From NCBI GenBank assembly GCA_002499545.1, contig DAME01000004.1, positions 15,577 through 79,576 on the forward strand: DNA of 64,000 nt, in the 5' to 3' direction. The first letter of the stretch is position 1. The number at the start of each line of letters is the position of its first letter. A program made the position numbers and the translations under genes. Positions 8,422-17,864 of this stretch are shown one piece after another. The notes beneath the pieces are model-generated. The model saw only the letters and a list, made by a program, of their open reading frames with translations, searched no databases and was not told the origin of the DNA. Source of the stretch: Euryarchaeota archaeon UBA88 (GTDB taxonomy: Archaea > Thermoplasmatota > Poseidoniia > Poseidoniales > Poseidoniaceae).

Positions 8422-10239
8422 TCACAGCCTCTGATGAGATTTAGCAAGACGGCCGGGAGTCCCCGGCCATTCCCAGCCGGGAGCGTGGGCACGAGCCAAT
8501 CCGATGACGGTTTGGTCCTGATAAACGAGTAAATCACTGCCAGCTCGAATATTTTCATCGAACGATTCAACAAGTGCCCCAAAAATGTCACCCTTCCATT
8601 GAACTCCGGTACGCAAATGAACTTCAGGAAGTGCCTTGAGTTCTGCGAGCTGGGGAATCACTGCTTTTGGAAGTGAAAAACCACAGCGATCGGTTGACCA
8701 AAGTGCCATTTGATTTCCGTCACGCTCAAGCCGATATCTCGGTGGCTTTCCTCGCACTTTAAGACCATCAATCCACGCATCAGATTTCATTTGCTTTCGA
8801 GCAACGCTGGAGAAGTTATCCAGTAGAATCCGTTCGGTTTTTCTGCCACGTGCACTGAATTCATCCACTGCTTCTTTGACTGCTTGTGAGAGGCGTTCTA
8901 ACGCCTCGTGCGAGCCAGCAGAATCACCTTCACGGGTATTGATTATATCGATAGAAGAATGCGTAAATTCAATGCCGGAATGGTTGATAATGCGCTGATA
9001 GGAATGCCGACTGACAAGTGCATCAAACATTCTGGTGATACGGCTTAATTCATCGCCAGTCCAATCTCCGGTCACCGGTACATCGTATTGTGCCGCAGGC
9101 CACACCTCTTCGAGATCTCGAGGTACGAGACCTAGGGGTGAAGTGACCATCACTTCGTGGCAAGCACTGGTGCCAATGGCACGGATGAATCGTCCGTGAG
9201 ATTTTGAAAGCCTGTACGGTTTACGAGCAGAACACGGAAGAAGAATCAAAATAGTGTCGAGACCTTGCGGTGCACGGTACTGTGTGGAAAGGAATGACTC
9301 CCAATCAGTGATAATTGGGTCCGACTGTATCGAAACCGAATGGCACGGGAACGTGAATCCACGCTCGACGTGCGATGAGAGGAGTCCCGGTATGGTCTTG
9401 CAGTGGAGATCGTGACGACGAAGATGTTCTACCAAACGTGGGCTGTTCAGTGATTGACGATCAACCAGTGAACGAAGTTGATCGTCGGCCAGTGCTGCAC
9501 GAACCGAAGCAATGGCAAGTTCCCAATGCTTCACTTGTTGCTCCATTGAAACTCCTTCCTCCATTGATTCAACAGGGTATCTGGGCCCCTGCTCAGTTAA
9601 CAAGGCACCAGCAGCGTTGGCTTGCCGAGAGCGTGCGAGGTCGAATAAATCAACCCCGAACCATGCCAAAACTGCTACGTTATCAGGACCGCCTAGCCCG
9701 GGTGTCCAAAGCAGTGCACCAGGAAATCGGCGCTTCAATGTCGTGATTGCTTCGATCAGGCGACCTGGTTGTGCTGCCAACTGAACCGCATCAACCAAGA
9801 CGACAACATCTGGACTCAAATCCGGGTCGGTCAAGGCTGCATCGTGATTCAATCGTTGCCAAGAAACGGGGAGAAGTTGCCCAGTACCTGCTGGTTCGCC
9901 TGCATCTGCCTCATCAAGTGATGGTGGGAGGACGTGGCCAATCGACACTTCCCATCGGGGGGAAGGCGATGAAAAGTCAGGTGGAGAAAGAGGAAGTCGG
10001 GATTCGAATTGGAGCGTTGCTGGAATGGCATCGTCGGTCGATGATCGGAACGGAGCAAGACGAGCGTCTATGTCCTCATCTCCATCGAGTAGGACCAGAG
10101 CAGGCGTTGCTGCGATAGGGGATTTTCGGTCGCCCAGCGCCCATTGCCTGGCAAAGCGAAATCGCGCAGAAACGCTGCGACCAAGTCCATCCACCATGTA
10201 CCGTCCACACACCATCGCTTCTTCAAGCATTGGACACAT
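8422..10239 (-). CDS. arcS: Archaeosine synthase (TGT-like, ArcS/TgtA2) with C-terminal PUA domain
   Basis: LLPCSARKPYRLSKSH is an exact match to the PC-x3-KPY-x2-S-x2-H motif described for ArcS. The C-terminus (DLLVYQDQTVIGLARAHAPGWEW) is PUA-like. The maximal ORF begins at TTG 10305 and would overlap the divergent gene. The first ATG is 10239, with others at 10230, 10215 and 10197. The start is uncertain. Confidence 0.75.
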   Translation of the reverse strand: MCPMLEEAMVCGRYMVDGLGRSVSARFRFARQWALGDRKSPIAATPALVLLDGDEDIDARLAPFRSSTDDAIPATLQFESRLPLSPPDFSSPSPRWEVSIGHVLPPSLDEADAGEPAGTGQLLPVSWQRLNHDAALTDPDLSPDVVVLVDAVQLAAQPGRLIEAITTLKRRFPGALLWTPGLGGPDNVAVLAWFGVDLFDLARSRQANAAGALLTEQGPRYPVESMEEGVSMEQQVKHWELAIASVRAALADDQLRSLVDRQSLNSPRLVEHLRRHDLHCKTIPGLLSSHVERGFTFPCHSVSIQSDPIITDWESFLSTQYRAPQGLDTILILLPCSARKPYRLSKSHGRFIRAIGTSACHEVMVTSPLGLVPRDLEEVWPAAQYDVPVTGDWTGDELSRITRMFDALVSRHSYQRIINHSGIEFTHSSIDIINTREGDSAGSHEALERLSQAVKEAVDEFSARGRKTERILLDNFSSVARKQMKSDAWIDGLKVRGKPPRYRLERDGNQMALWSTDRCGFSLPKAVIPQLAELKALPEVHLRTGVQWKGDIFGALVESFDENIRAGSDLLVYQDQTVIGLARAHAPGWEWPGTPGRLAKSHQRL

Positions 10240-10281
10240 CCGAGGGCCTAAGTTCAAATCGAATTCGTTACAGGCAACACT

Positions 10282-12516
10282 ATGGTCGGAGACAGAAGCA
10301 GTCAACCGTCCATGCTGATGGCTTTCTTCTTGGTCGTTATGATGGCATGTCTCCTCTTACCTCTTTCCGCCGCACAGAGTGACGAAATGCAGGAGGAACA
10401 GACGCTTGATGGGCGGGTCACAGGTATTCTGATTGAGCCAAACACAACCTATCACAAAAACTGGACAATCGTGGAAGATGCTTGGGTGAGTTTCTCAATC
10501 TCATGCAATCAGTGCACGGCTGAACTTTCTCTCGATGGAACCGTGCATTCAACTTCAACAGACTTGACCGTCCAAGCACAATCTACCGGCGAAGTAGTGT
10601 TGAATGTCACCTCGCTGGAAACCGAGCATGTATCGCTATCGCTTGTTGAATCGATTGATGAAAACTATTCTTCCGTTCGCCCTGCTCCATCGCAGGCTAC
10701 TGAATCTGTCACGATCGAATCGTGCACTTCTGAAAACCGTTGCATCGACCCGAGCCGGAACCACCTTGATGGAATAGTCAACGGCGATTTCACATCAACT
10801 GGTTACCTTCGCGGCATCATTGAACAGAGCAATGCCGAATACATCCCCTTGGCAGTGACGGATGGGGACACACTTGAACTTCAATTACGCCACGCCATTC
10901 ACGATTTGAAAATCTCAGCCTACTTCCAAAATTCTACCAGTGAAACGTTGCTGGAATCAACGGTTGAAGCACCAACGGGATTGACAACAAATGCCGACAG
11001 TGATGCCATGTATGTTCACGTCGAAGAAGATGGACGTATTCTTCTCAAAGTTGAAAGCGAGGTCGTGAATGCTGCGTGGGTCATCAAAGCTATACGCTAC
11101 CAACAACTCATTCCGACTCCGCTTGTTGAAGACCAGAACAACATCAGTATTCGTGGACATCATCAAACCAGTTCCACACTTGAACTCACCGAGAGTCAGG
11201 CACTCAATTTCCTCGCATTGGTAAAACCAGTGGAACTCCGGATTGAGCAACTGAGTTCAGGGTCGTGGATCATGGGTGACTTGATTCAACTCGAAGCGGA
11301 AGTTCCCATCACTGCATACCCCTTGCCAAACATCAGTGCGGTTCGAATACACCTACACTCTTCTGTTCATTGGGTCGAAGTGAGCATTGCCAACTTCTCA
11401 GATTTTGGCTCCGGTCATGAAGCGCCATCTGTCCGCCCCTCGACATCAGCGGTGGACAATTCATCATGGCCGGATTTACCTCAAGTGAGTAGCCAACTTG
11501 TGGGACAATTAACCCTCCCTATTTTTGACACTGCAGACGTTTACCGATTGAATATCACTGGATGGGAGGATTCTCGTCACATGATTCAAGTCACTGTAGA
11601 AGGCAGTGAAATCGAAAATTTAACCGTCGAATTTTGGAGTATGGAGCAATCCACATGGGAAGTTTTGGAGACAAAAACCTCCGTCTTCCGAAACGGGAAA
11701 ATTCAACTCGCTATGGAAGTCGACCCCGGAACACATTTTGTGCGCATATCACTACCTGTAACCACCAACTTCACCGGCCATTCTTGGGGTGAGAATGTAC
11801 CGAGTATCGAATACTTTGTCTCATCAGCCTATACGCTTACTGATGAAGGATATGAACCGTATTTCCCACCTGATGAACATGCTGAAAAGTGGGGTGTACG
11901 ATCACGCTTCATCCTCGGTGTTCTTTTTTTAGCACCGGTCATCTACTTTGCAGTCAGTCTTTCACGTCAAAAGAAAGCAGCGGAATTGTTTGCCAATAAA
12001 TCAGAACAGCTCGAATGGTTCCGTAAACAAATGGATTCAGGAGAAGTGACGCCTACTCAATCACGTAAGAACCTCATTCGAGCACTCCAATCCATCACGC
12101 TACTTGATTGGGATCAAGCGAGTCGAGCATGGGGGAAGGCAAACCTCGAGCATCGAACCACGGATGCAGCCTTGGCAGTTTGGGCTCTTGATCGCCGACT
12201 CGCAACAACAGAAGGAAGCATTCCATTGATGGTTGGCATTCACGTCATCAAGGGTAACTGGGACCTTGCTGCACTGCGCTTCGATGCACCCGAGGGGAAG
12301 GGGTGGACGGTTGAAAACGTTCAACCCCGCTTCTTACATCGTGGTGAAGAAGTTTTCATCGATACCATGGCAGAAGGAAACAGGACGTTTGTCATGGTCG
12401 AATTAACCGGAACTGCTACCGCAGTCGATGTTGAACTAAATGGCCGCGTCGACGGGACTGCGACCGCCTCACGAATTCCAAAGACCCTCGCAGTTGAAGT
12501 ATTCGAAGAAGAATGA
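10282..12516 (+). CDS. Type I membrane protein: signal peptide, ~520 aa external domain, one TM, ~180 aa cytoplasmic domain
   Basis: Signal peptide MLMAFFLVVMMACLLLPLSAAQS. The external part contains many N-x-S/T sequons. TM helix FILGVLFLAPVIYFAVSL is followed by SRQKK and a structured-looking C-terminal domain ending EVFEEE. The alternative start is ATG 10312. Confidence 0.6.
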   Translation: MVGDRSSQPSMLMAFFLVVMMACLLLPLSAAQSDEMQEEQTLDGRVTGILIEPNTTYHKNWTIVEDAWVSFSISCNQCTAELSLDGTVHSTSTDLTVQAQSTGEVVLNVTSLETEHVSLSLVESIDENYSSVRPAPSQATESVTIESCTSENRCIDPSRNHLDGIVNGDFTSTGYLRGIIEQSNAEYIPLAVTDGDTLELQLRHAIHDLKISAYFQNSTSETLLESTVEAPTGLTTNADSDAMYVHVEEDGRILLKVESEVVNAAWVIKAIRYQQLIPTPLVEDQNNISIRGHHQTSSTLELTESQALNFLALVKPVELRIEQLSSGSWIMGDLIQLEAEVPITAYPLPNISAVRIHLHSSVHWVEVSIANFSDFGSGHEAPSVRPSTSAVDNSSWPDLPQVSSQLVGQLTLPIFDTADVYRLNITGWEDSRHMIQVTVEGSEIENLTVEFWSMEQSTWEVLETKTSVFRNGKIQLAMEVDPGTHFVRISLPVTTNFTGHSWGENVPSIEYFVSSAYTLTDEGYEPYFPPDEHAEKWGVRSRFILGVLFLAPVIYFAVSLSRQKKAAELFANKSEQLEWFRKQMDSGEVTPTQSRKNLIRALQSITLLDWDQASRAWGKANLEHRTTDAALAVWALDRRLATTEGSIPLMVGIHVIKGNWDLAALRFDAPEGKGWTVENVQPRFLHRGEEVFIDTMAEGNRTFVMVELTGTATAVDVELNGRVDGTATASRIPKTLAVEVFEEE

Positions 12517-12529
12517 GGTGAACTTCAGA

Positions 12530-13657
12530 TCAGCTTCTTCGCTCTTGAGCATCATCTATGATTCGTTCGATAAGGTCGTCAGGACCGAGGTCACCTTTCA
12601 ATTCTTGAAGAGACTTCTTGACTTTCTTGCTCACCTTTTTGGGCATGTGTAGCTTCAGCAAAACAATCACATCACCACGTCCACTGCCGCGGGTTCGAGG
12701 CAAACCTCGCTTCTTGATTTCAATCGTATCTCCAGAGTTCGAATACGCTGGAACTTTGATGGTCAAGTCTTTTCCATCGATGTGCTTCAAAGTCACGGTT
12801 GTTCCCAAAACTAACTCTGCATACCCAAGCGGCATTGACATGATCAAATCCGTCGTCGAACGTTCATACCACGGGTGTGGTTCGATTTCAATCTCAATAA
12901 ACAAATCTCCGGGTTCACCCTTGCCTTGCGGGGCCGGTTCACCCTTACCACGCATGCGAAGACGGGTTCCTGCTTCGCAACCAGCAGGAACTGCAAATCG
13001 CAAAGTCGACGATTTCAAGCTTTTACCGGTTCCGCGGCAAGAACCGCATCGCTCTTCAATCGAAGTTCCTCGTCCTTGGCACGAAGGACAATCACGAACG
13101 ACGTCCTGTACAAAAGGTCCTACTTGTTGACGCATACGGACTCGTCCTTGACCACTGCAGTCCTTACAGGTGACGACTTTACCGTCTTTAGCCCCCGTTC
13201 CATTGCAGTCACTGCATGGGACTGGAAGATCGAGTTCCATCTCTTCGCTGCTTCCCGAATAAATTTGTTCCAGATTCACCGTATGGTAGGTGCGAATATC
13301 ACTACCTCGACGGCTGTTGGAGCGAGCACGCCCCCCACCGCCACCAAAAATGTTGGAGAAAAAATCTCCTCCCAGAATGTCCTCAAGGTTGATGTTAAAG
13401 TTACCACTTCCAAATCCACCAAACGGTGATCCGCCCGGACCTGAATGTCCGAATCGGTCGTATTGAGCACGCTTTTCATCATCAGAAAGAACAGCATATG
13501 CTTCCTGTATATCCTTAAACATCTCTTCGGCATTCTCTTCAGTGCTGCGGTCAGGATGGTACTTTCGGGCGAGACTTCGGAACGCATTCTTTAGTTCCGA
13601 GGACGTGGCTGATTTTTCAACTCCGAGAACTTCGTAATAATCTCGTTTATCAGCCAT
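12530..13657 (-). CDS. dnaJ: Chaperone DnaJ (Hsp40, type I)
   Basis: J-domain DYYEVLGV...KYHPDR, then a G/F-rich linker. There are four zinc-finger repeats (CSDCNGTG, CKDCSGQG, CPSCQGRG, CGSCRGTG). AGGTGA lies 6 nt upstream of the ATG. Confidence 0.95.
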   Translation of the reverse strand: MADKRDYYEVLGVEKSATSSELKNAFRSLARKYHPDRSTEENAEEMFKDIQEAYAVLSDDEKRAQYDRFGHSGPGGSPFGGFGSGNFNINLEDILGGDFFSNIFGGGGGRARSNSRRGSDIRTYHTVNLEQIYSGSSEEMELDLPVPCSDCNGTGAKDGKVVTCKDCSGQGRVRMRQQVGPFVQDVVRDCPSCQGRGTSIEERCGSCRGTGKSLKSSTLRFAVPAGCEAGTRLRMRGKGEPAPQGKGEPGDLFIEIEIEPHPWYERSTTDLIMSMPLGYAELVLGTTVTLKHIDGKDLTIKVPAYSNSGDTIEIKKRGLPRTRGSGRGDVIVLLKLHMPKKVSKKVKKSLQELKGDLGPDDLIERIIDDAQERRS

Positions 13658-13722
13658 ATGGATTCACCTCTGTGCCAACGGGTTGCTAGGACCTCTTTCA
13701 ATATCTCGGATGATTACAGCAT

Positions 13723-14709
13723 TTAGGCATCGAGTCCACACGATAAGCAGAACGGCTCACCTTGAGGGATTATCGCATTGCATCCACGGCACATTGTGCC
13801 AGTTGGAGTTACGGTGACTTGTTGTGGTTGAGGATTCGTGGCGTTAAGTGGTGAAAGCATTGCCATTGCTTCAATGCTCTCGTCTGCGGTATTCGAGGTG
13901 GGGGTCGTTGGCGTATCCCAGGCATAGACTTTGGCCGTCTCCGGGTCCATAGCAGCGCTCTTACTCAGAGGGGGAAGGTCGTTCGAGACGACTGATTCAA
14001 TCATCCCGTCATCACTCAGCGTAGCAATTTTGAGTTCTGAATCGGACGCGGAAGCCATCTTGCGTATCGGTGCAACGGGTCGCTGAGCAACCACAGGAGC
14101 AGCCTTTGAGGCTGCCAAAAGGGCAGCTTGTCGCTGCTCGAGACGGCGTTCTTTGGCATCGCCACGGCCGAAAAGGCCGGTAACCATGTCAAGGAACGAA
14201 TCCATAGGACTTTTCCGACGAGTTGAACCGATGGTTGAATCAACTCGTTCGTCATAGTTTACATCACTTGAACGACCACGATTGGACTTACGGATTCGTT
14301 CTGATTCCAAAAGCAGGTCGACTTCGACTTTCTCATCTTCATGGAGTTCCATTTCAGGGGATTCGTTATCGATTGCAGACACGTTTTGAGAAAGAATGAC
14401 TTCGCCTTCAGGGCCTAAGTCAGAACCGAGAGGGACGTTCGTTTGCCAAACACCTGCTTCTTCCGCATCGTACACTTTCTTCATCGACTTCATAATTTTC
14501 GAACGGTGAAATTCATGATCTTTGACCGTCTTGGTTTTTCGGAAAAGGATAATTCCAAGCACTACGGCGATAAGATACCACACATATGCAAGCCTCGGCT
14601 CCACCTCAAACATTTGTCGAAGAGGCGTCACTGTCATGTGCACAGTAGCCATCAACAACAGCGGAAGAGCGGCAACACCACGAGCCGTTGCTTGCCTCTC
14701 TCGTGCCAT
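13723..14709 (-). CDS. Membrane protein (2 N-terminal TM) with a long low-complexity region and C-terminal zinc ribbon
   Basis: TM helices VAALPLLLMATVHM and YVWYLIAVVLGIILF. The C-terminus is CRGCNAIIPQGEPFCLSCG (zinc-ribbon pattern CxxC-x9-CxxC). AGGTGG lies 4 nt upstream of the ATG. Confidence 0.55.
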   Translation of the reverse strand: MARERQATARGVAALPLLLMATVHMTVTPLRQMFEVEPRLAYVWYLIAVVLGIILFRKTKTVKDHEFHRSKIMKSMKKVYDAEEAGVWQTNVPLGSDLGPEGEVILSQNVSAIDNESPEMELHEDEKVEVDLLLESERIRKSNRGRSSDVNYDERVDSTIGSTRRKSPMDSFLDMVTGLFGRGDAKERRLEQRQAALLAASKAAPVVAQRPVAPIRKMASASDSELKIATLSDDGMIESVVSNDLPPLSKSAAMDPETAKVYAWDTPTTPTSNTADESIEAMAMLSPLNATNPQPQQVTVTPTGTMCRGCNAIIPQGEPFCLSCGLDA

Positions 14710-14767
14710 AGTACCACCTTTCCCTCATACTCTTCACTCAAGTATGTTGTTACTTGTTGCTGTTGAA

Positions 14768-15799
14768 TCAACGGTCACTCGGGGCCCTACCGTCCCGAAG
14801 AAGTCCGTCAAGTAAGCCGATAGAAAAACTGCTGTGGAGCATGAGTAGGCAAAGAGGTACTCCAAGAATATTCGTCATTCGCCGTGTTTGGAATGTCGAA
14901 CGTATGCCCTCTAGTATCAACACTGCACCATACATTGTTGGCAGCACCCAGCCAAATGAAGGAAGGGTGACGGCCATTATCAAACTTAACAACGCACCAA
15001 TCCACGGGAGAAATTCGATAGCACTTGCACGTTGGGGGTGGCGGCGTACGACCTTCATCCGCCAAAATCCGTACCTATGTCCCATCCGCCACCATTTCAC
15101 AATGCCAGTCCGTTTGGTCATTGAAACCGATGTGGACGGAGTCCTGTGCAGGCGGTATCCCTGTTCAATCAATCGCATCGATAAATCACTGTCTTGGCTT
15201 GTGATAAACGAAGTATCCCAACCACCGACTGCTTCCAAAGCGGTTCGCAAATGCATAGCAAACGCTGGTGTCTGGGTAGCGCCGTCTTCCTTGAAAGAAG
15301 AGAATTGACCGCTGCCGCTGCCAAACGGTGAACTCAAGCATGCCTCAACCCATCCTTCTACAAAACCGTGCTCCCCCTTGCGAGGCTCGACACGAACCCC
15401 AAGTGCTGCAAGAGGACTAGAATCAATCGCTTCGACCCGTTTCCACTCTGCAATTCGTAGTTCGAGATGATTGGCTTCAACCGTAGAATGGCCAATCAAT
15501 TCCACACAATAACGAACCGATGGGGGGAGGAGTGTAAGAGCGAGGTTACGGGCCTCAGCGACGTACTTGCCGGGATTGTCATGCAACTCAATATGGGGTC
15601 CGCCACGTTCTTTACTGCGTGAAATCGCGTCCCTCACCAACGTGGCAGTGCTATCGGTTGAACCGCCATCAAGAACCAGAATCATGTGGTCCGACGAATC
15701 AATTGATTGATCCATCAGAGAATCAAGGCACGCAACGATGTATTCTGCTTCATTGAGAACTGGAAGAACCGTGCAAATCGACGGTCCATCACCACTCAT
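14768..15799 (-). CDS. Family 2 glycosyltransferase with C-terminal TM helices
   Basis: ICTVLPVLNEAEYIVACLDSLMDQS...ILVLDGGSTDST is the GT2 N-terminal signature, and SQDSDLSMRL is an ED-type motif. There are 3-4 C-terminal TM helices. The ORF-track start at 15850 is TTG. ATG 15799 gives the usual short N-terminus (MSGDGPSICTVLP). Confidence 0.85.
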   Translation of the reverse strand: MSGDGPSICTVLPVLNEAEYIVACLDSLMDQSIDSSDHMILVLDGGSTDSTATLVRDAISRSKERGGPHIELHDNPGKYVAEARNLALTLLPPSVRYCVELIGHSTVEANHLELRIAEWKRVEAIDSSPLAALGVRVEPRKGEHGFVEGWVEACLSSPFGSGSGQFSSFKEDGATQTPAFAMHLRTALEAVGGWDTSFITSQDSDLSMRLIEQGYRLHRTPSTSVSMTKRTGIVKWWRMGHRYGFWRMKVVRRHPQRASAIEFLPWIGALLSLIMAVTLPSFGWVLPTMYGAVLILEGIRSTFQTRRMTNILGVPLCLLMLHSSFSIGLLDGLLRDGRAPSDR

Positions 15800-15878
15800 G
15801 GTAGAACCAGTCGTAACTTGACTTTCACCCCTTCGCCTTGAAATGTCCAAAAAGGCATGTTCATGAGTGCGGCACGAT

Positions 15879-15884
15879 AGGAGG
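15879..15884 (+). promoter_or_regulatory. Shine-Dalgarno site AGGAGG for the COG1931-like gene
   Basis: AGGAGG lies 4 nt upstream of ATG 15889. Confidence 0.5.
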
Positions 15885-15888
15885 CATC

Positions 15889-16404
15889 ATGCAAGAACCA
15901 ATGCTCCGCCTCAACGGAGTGAATGAAAACCTCAAGATTCGCGTGGAAACCACGCTGCAAGGTCCAGATTCACCCGGAAAAGTGGCGAAGGCACTCCACG
16001 CTTTGTTTCCAGAATTTGCGATACCGCACCCCATTATTGAGCCTGAATTAGGCAGTGCAAACGACCAGCATTGGGCGTGTGATCAGGTGCCCCTTGACCA
16101 CTTTATCCAACAGCTCCACCGCCAACAAATATTGGATACTGCTTTGGATTACATGTCGACTCACTATGCTGATGGATCAACAATGTTCACCCTCTCACGG
16201 CAGGCTGCACTGGCAGGGAAAGTCGCTTTTCCGTTACCGACAGAGGTCCCACTTGGGGGGGTTATTACCGTTCACTTAGAAGGTGAAACACTTGCAGATT
16301 GGTTGGAAGCTGCAACCTGGCATCGCGGGCGTGATTCAGTTCCAAAATCAATACACGATGACCGCACTATGTCTGGAGATGGTGAAGCAGTCACGTGGAT
16401 TTGA
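15889..16404 (+). CDS. UPF0201/COG1931-like predicted RNA-binding protein
   Basis: LKIRVETTLQGPDSPGKVAKALHALFPEF resembles the family pattern v-v-a-v-PTED-x-KV-x-Al-nlFP. A later stretch, TLSRQAALAGKVAFPL...PLGGVITVHL, resembles the lnKQAA...PLGpI pattern. ATG 15889 is preceded by AGGAGG (15879-15884) with a 4 nt spacer. Confidence 0.45.
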   Translation: MQEPMLRLNGVNENLKIRVETTLQGPDSPGKVAKALHALFPEFAIPHPIIEPELGSANDQHWACDQVPLDHFIQQLHRQQILDTALDYMSTHYADGSTMFTLSRQAALAGKVAFPLPTEVPLGGVITVHLEGETLADWLEAATWHRGRDSVPKSIHDDRTMSGDGEAVTWI

Positions 16405-17443
16405 CCAGATAACCCGTCTTCCTCATCCACGCTACGATTGCTTCATCGTTTCCCAACCAATCCAGAGGAGAATCGTCGAGGATGTTTCGCCATTGAATCG
16501 ATTGATGTGATGTCCAGTGCTGTGAGTCCTCGAAAACGGGTGATGTGTCAACCCGGGTGCAAGGTATTGCATGGAGTGCAATGTCCGTATGTGAAAGGCT
16601 GTGGAAAAAGGTACCAATGGATTGATGGGCCTCTACTATCCAACCGAATTCCTCTCCAATTTCCCTTACAATCGCCGTTTGTTTTGATTCACCAGGCTCC
16701 ACCTTGCCACCGGGAAACTCCCATTTTGCACCGTGTACTGCGTCCGGAATTCGCTGTGCAACGAGGTACGAATCTTCGTTGGTTATCAAAGCACAAACAA
16801 CATTGAGAACAGGCCGGTACATCATCCGTTCAAGTATGTCTTCAACCAATGCCGTTCCGTCTTCAACACTGTATTGATCAGGGCCTGGGAGGTGAAGAAA
16901 AAAACATGGAATTGATGATCCAGATTGTGAATCAGGGCTTTGAAGCGTTGAGAGTGTGCGATACATGGTTTCATTGCAGAGAAAAGTCCCCGCATCCTCT
17001 GATAATTCCCATTCTGCTTTCCAATCAATGTTTTGCCATGCCTTGAGGGGGGCGCTGGACCAAACATCGCCGTTACCCGTAAGAGGACTGTCCACGATAC
17101 GCCGACCATCATTATCCGGGATTCGCATGGCGAGACGATCTTGTGCACGAGTTTCAAAACGTGGGATTGAGCATGAGTCGCATTGCCCAATGTGAAGAAT
17201 TGCATCCCAATGTTCACCATTCAGCAACCTGTGGGCAATTTCTACTGAACCTGTAGCGTCAACTGACAGAACTTTGGTCTCGATTTGGATGTTGATTGGC
17301 ACCTCACTATGCTGGCGTAAATCCTGCCAGGGGTCGATACATTCGAGTTGTTTGGGAAGTGATTCAACGACATCCTGCGAAATATTCCTTTCATGGGAGC
17401 CAAAGGGTTCGAAACCAGTTACCAGAACCCGAGCCATGGACAT
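16391..17443 (-). CDS. Fusion protein: pyrrolidone-carboxylate peptidase (C15, Pcp) N-domain + NUDIX (MutT-like) C-domain
   Basis: The N-domain has ARVLVTGFEPFGSHERNISQ, AGTFLCNETMY (catalytic Cys context) and FFLHLPG (His context). The C-domain has the NUDIX box GGKVEPGESKQTAIVREIGEEFG preceded by WEFPGG. ATG 17443 (MSMARVLVTGFEPFG) is preferred over the 17671 extension, which would overlap the divergent gene at 17475. Confidence 0.8.
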   Translation of the reverse strand: MSMARVLVTGFEPFGSHERNISQDVVESLPKQLECIDPWQDLRQHSEVPINIQIETKVLSVDATGSVEIAHRLLNGEHWDAILHIGQCDSCSIPRFETRAQDRLAMRIPDNDGRRIVDSPLTGNGDVWSSAPLKAWQNIDWKAEWELSEDAGTFLCNETMYRTLSTLQSPDSQSGSSIPCFFLHLPGPDQYSVEDGTALVEDILERMMYRPVLNVVCALITNEDSYLVAQRIPDAVHGAKWEFPGGKVEPGESKQTAIVREIGEEFGWIVEAHQSIGTFFHSLSHTDIALHAIPCTRVDTSPVFEDSQHWTSHQSIQWRNILDDSPLDWLGNDEAIVAWMRKTGYLVKST

Positions 17444-17474
17444 GCGTAGGTTCACCAGTTTTTGATACCTTGAC

Positions 17475-17864
17475 ATGAGGAACAGGGGGCATATTGACAA
17501 ATGCAGTACACCAGCGCGTGTCATGGCGCCCGAAGATTCGCAATCAGAGATGGTTGTAGAGGATGAGGCAAAAACCGTTTCCGACACGCGACCGGTGCGG
17601 TTGTTCCGTGAAATTTGGAAAGAATTCACATTTGGAGTTGGTGCTTGGGGGACGTTACGACCACTTTTCACTGCGCTGTTAGCAGCCGTGCCATTTTTAT
17701 TCTTAGGACAACACGTTAATCGACGTCATCAAAAAGCCATAGATTGGTCACTGTTACAGATTCCATTGGCTCTCACAATTGTACTGTGGTTTGGCTTATG
17801 GCTCTACTCAATTTTTGACGCTTGGCGTGAGGCGACTCAATTGATTTCACAATCGAGCGACTAA
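17475..17864 (+). CDS. Small membrane protein (2 TM), hypothetical
   Basis: 129 aa. TM helices LFTALLAAVPFLFLG and IPLALTIVLWFGLWLYSIF. Diverges from the Pcp-NUDIX gene. Its stop overlaps the stop of the convergent gene at 17861. Confidence 0.45.
   Translation: MRNRGHIDKCSTPARVMAPEDSQSEMVVEDEAKTVSDTRPVRLFREIWKEFTFGVGAWGTLRPLFTALLAAVPFLFLGQHVNRRHQKAIDWSLLQIPLALTIVLWFGLWLYSIFDAWREATQLISQSSD

Noticed and set aside
16391-17671. N-terminal extensions of several ORFs taken at face value: 17671 for Pcp-NUDIX, 54861 for purD, 61244 for the HD protein, 30562 for the MBL protein and 34716 for the third pilin-like gene.
   Set aside because: The extensions add non-conserved residues ahead of well-known family N-termini, overlap neighbouring genes, and in most cases a better-placed ATG or an SD-preceded start exists downstream.
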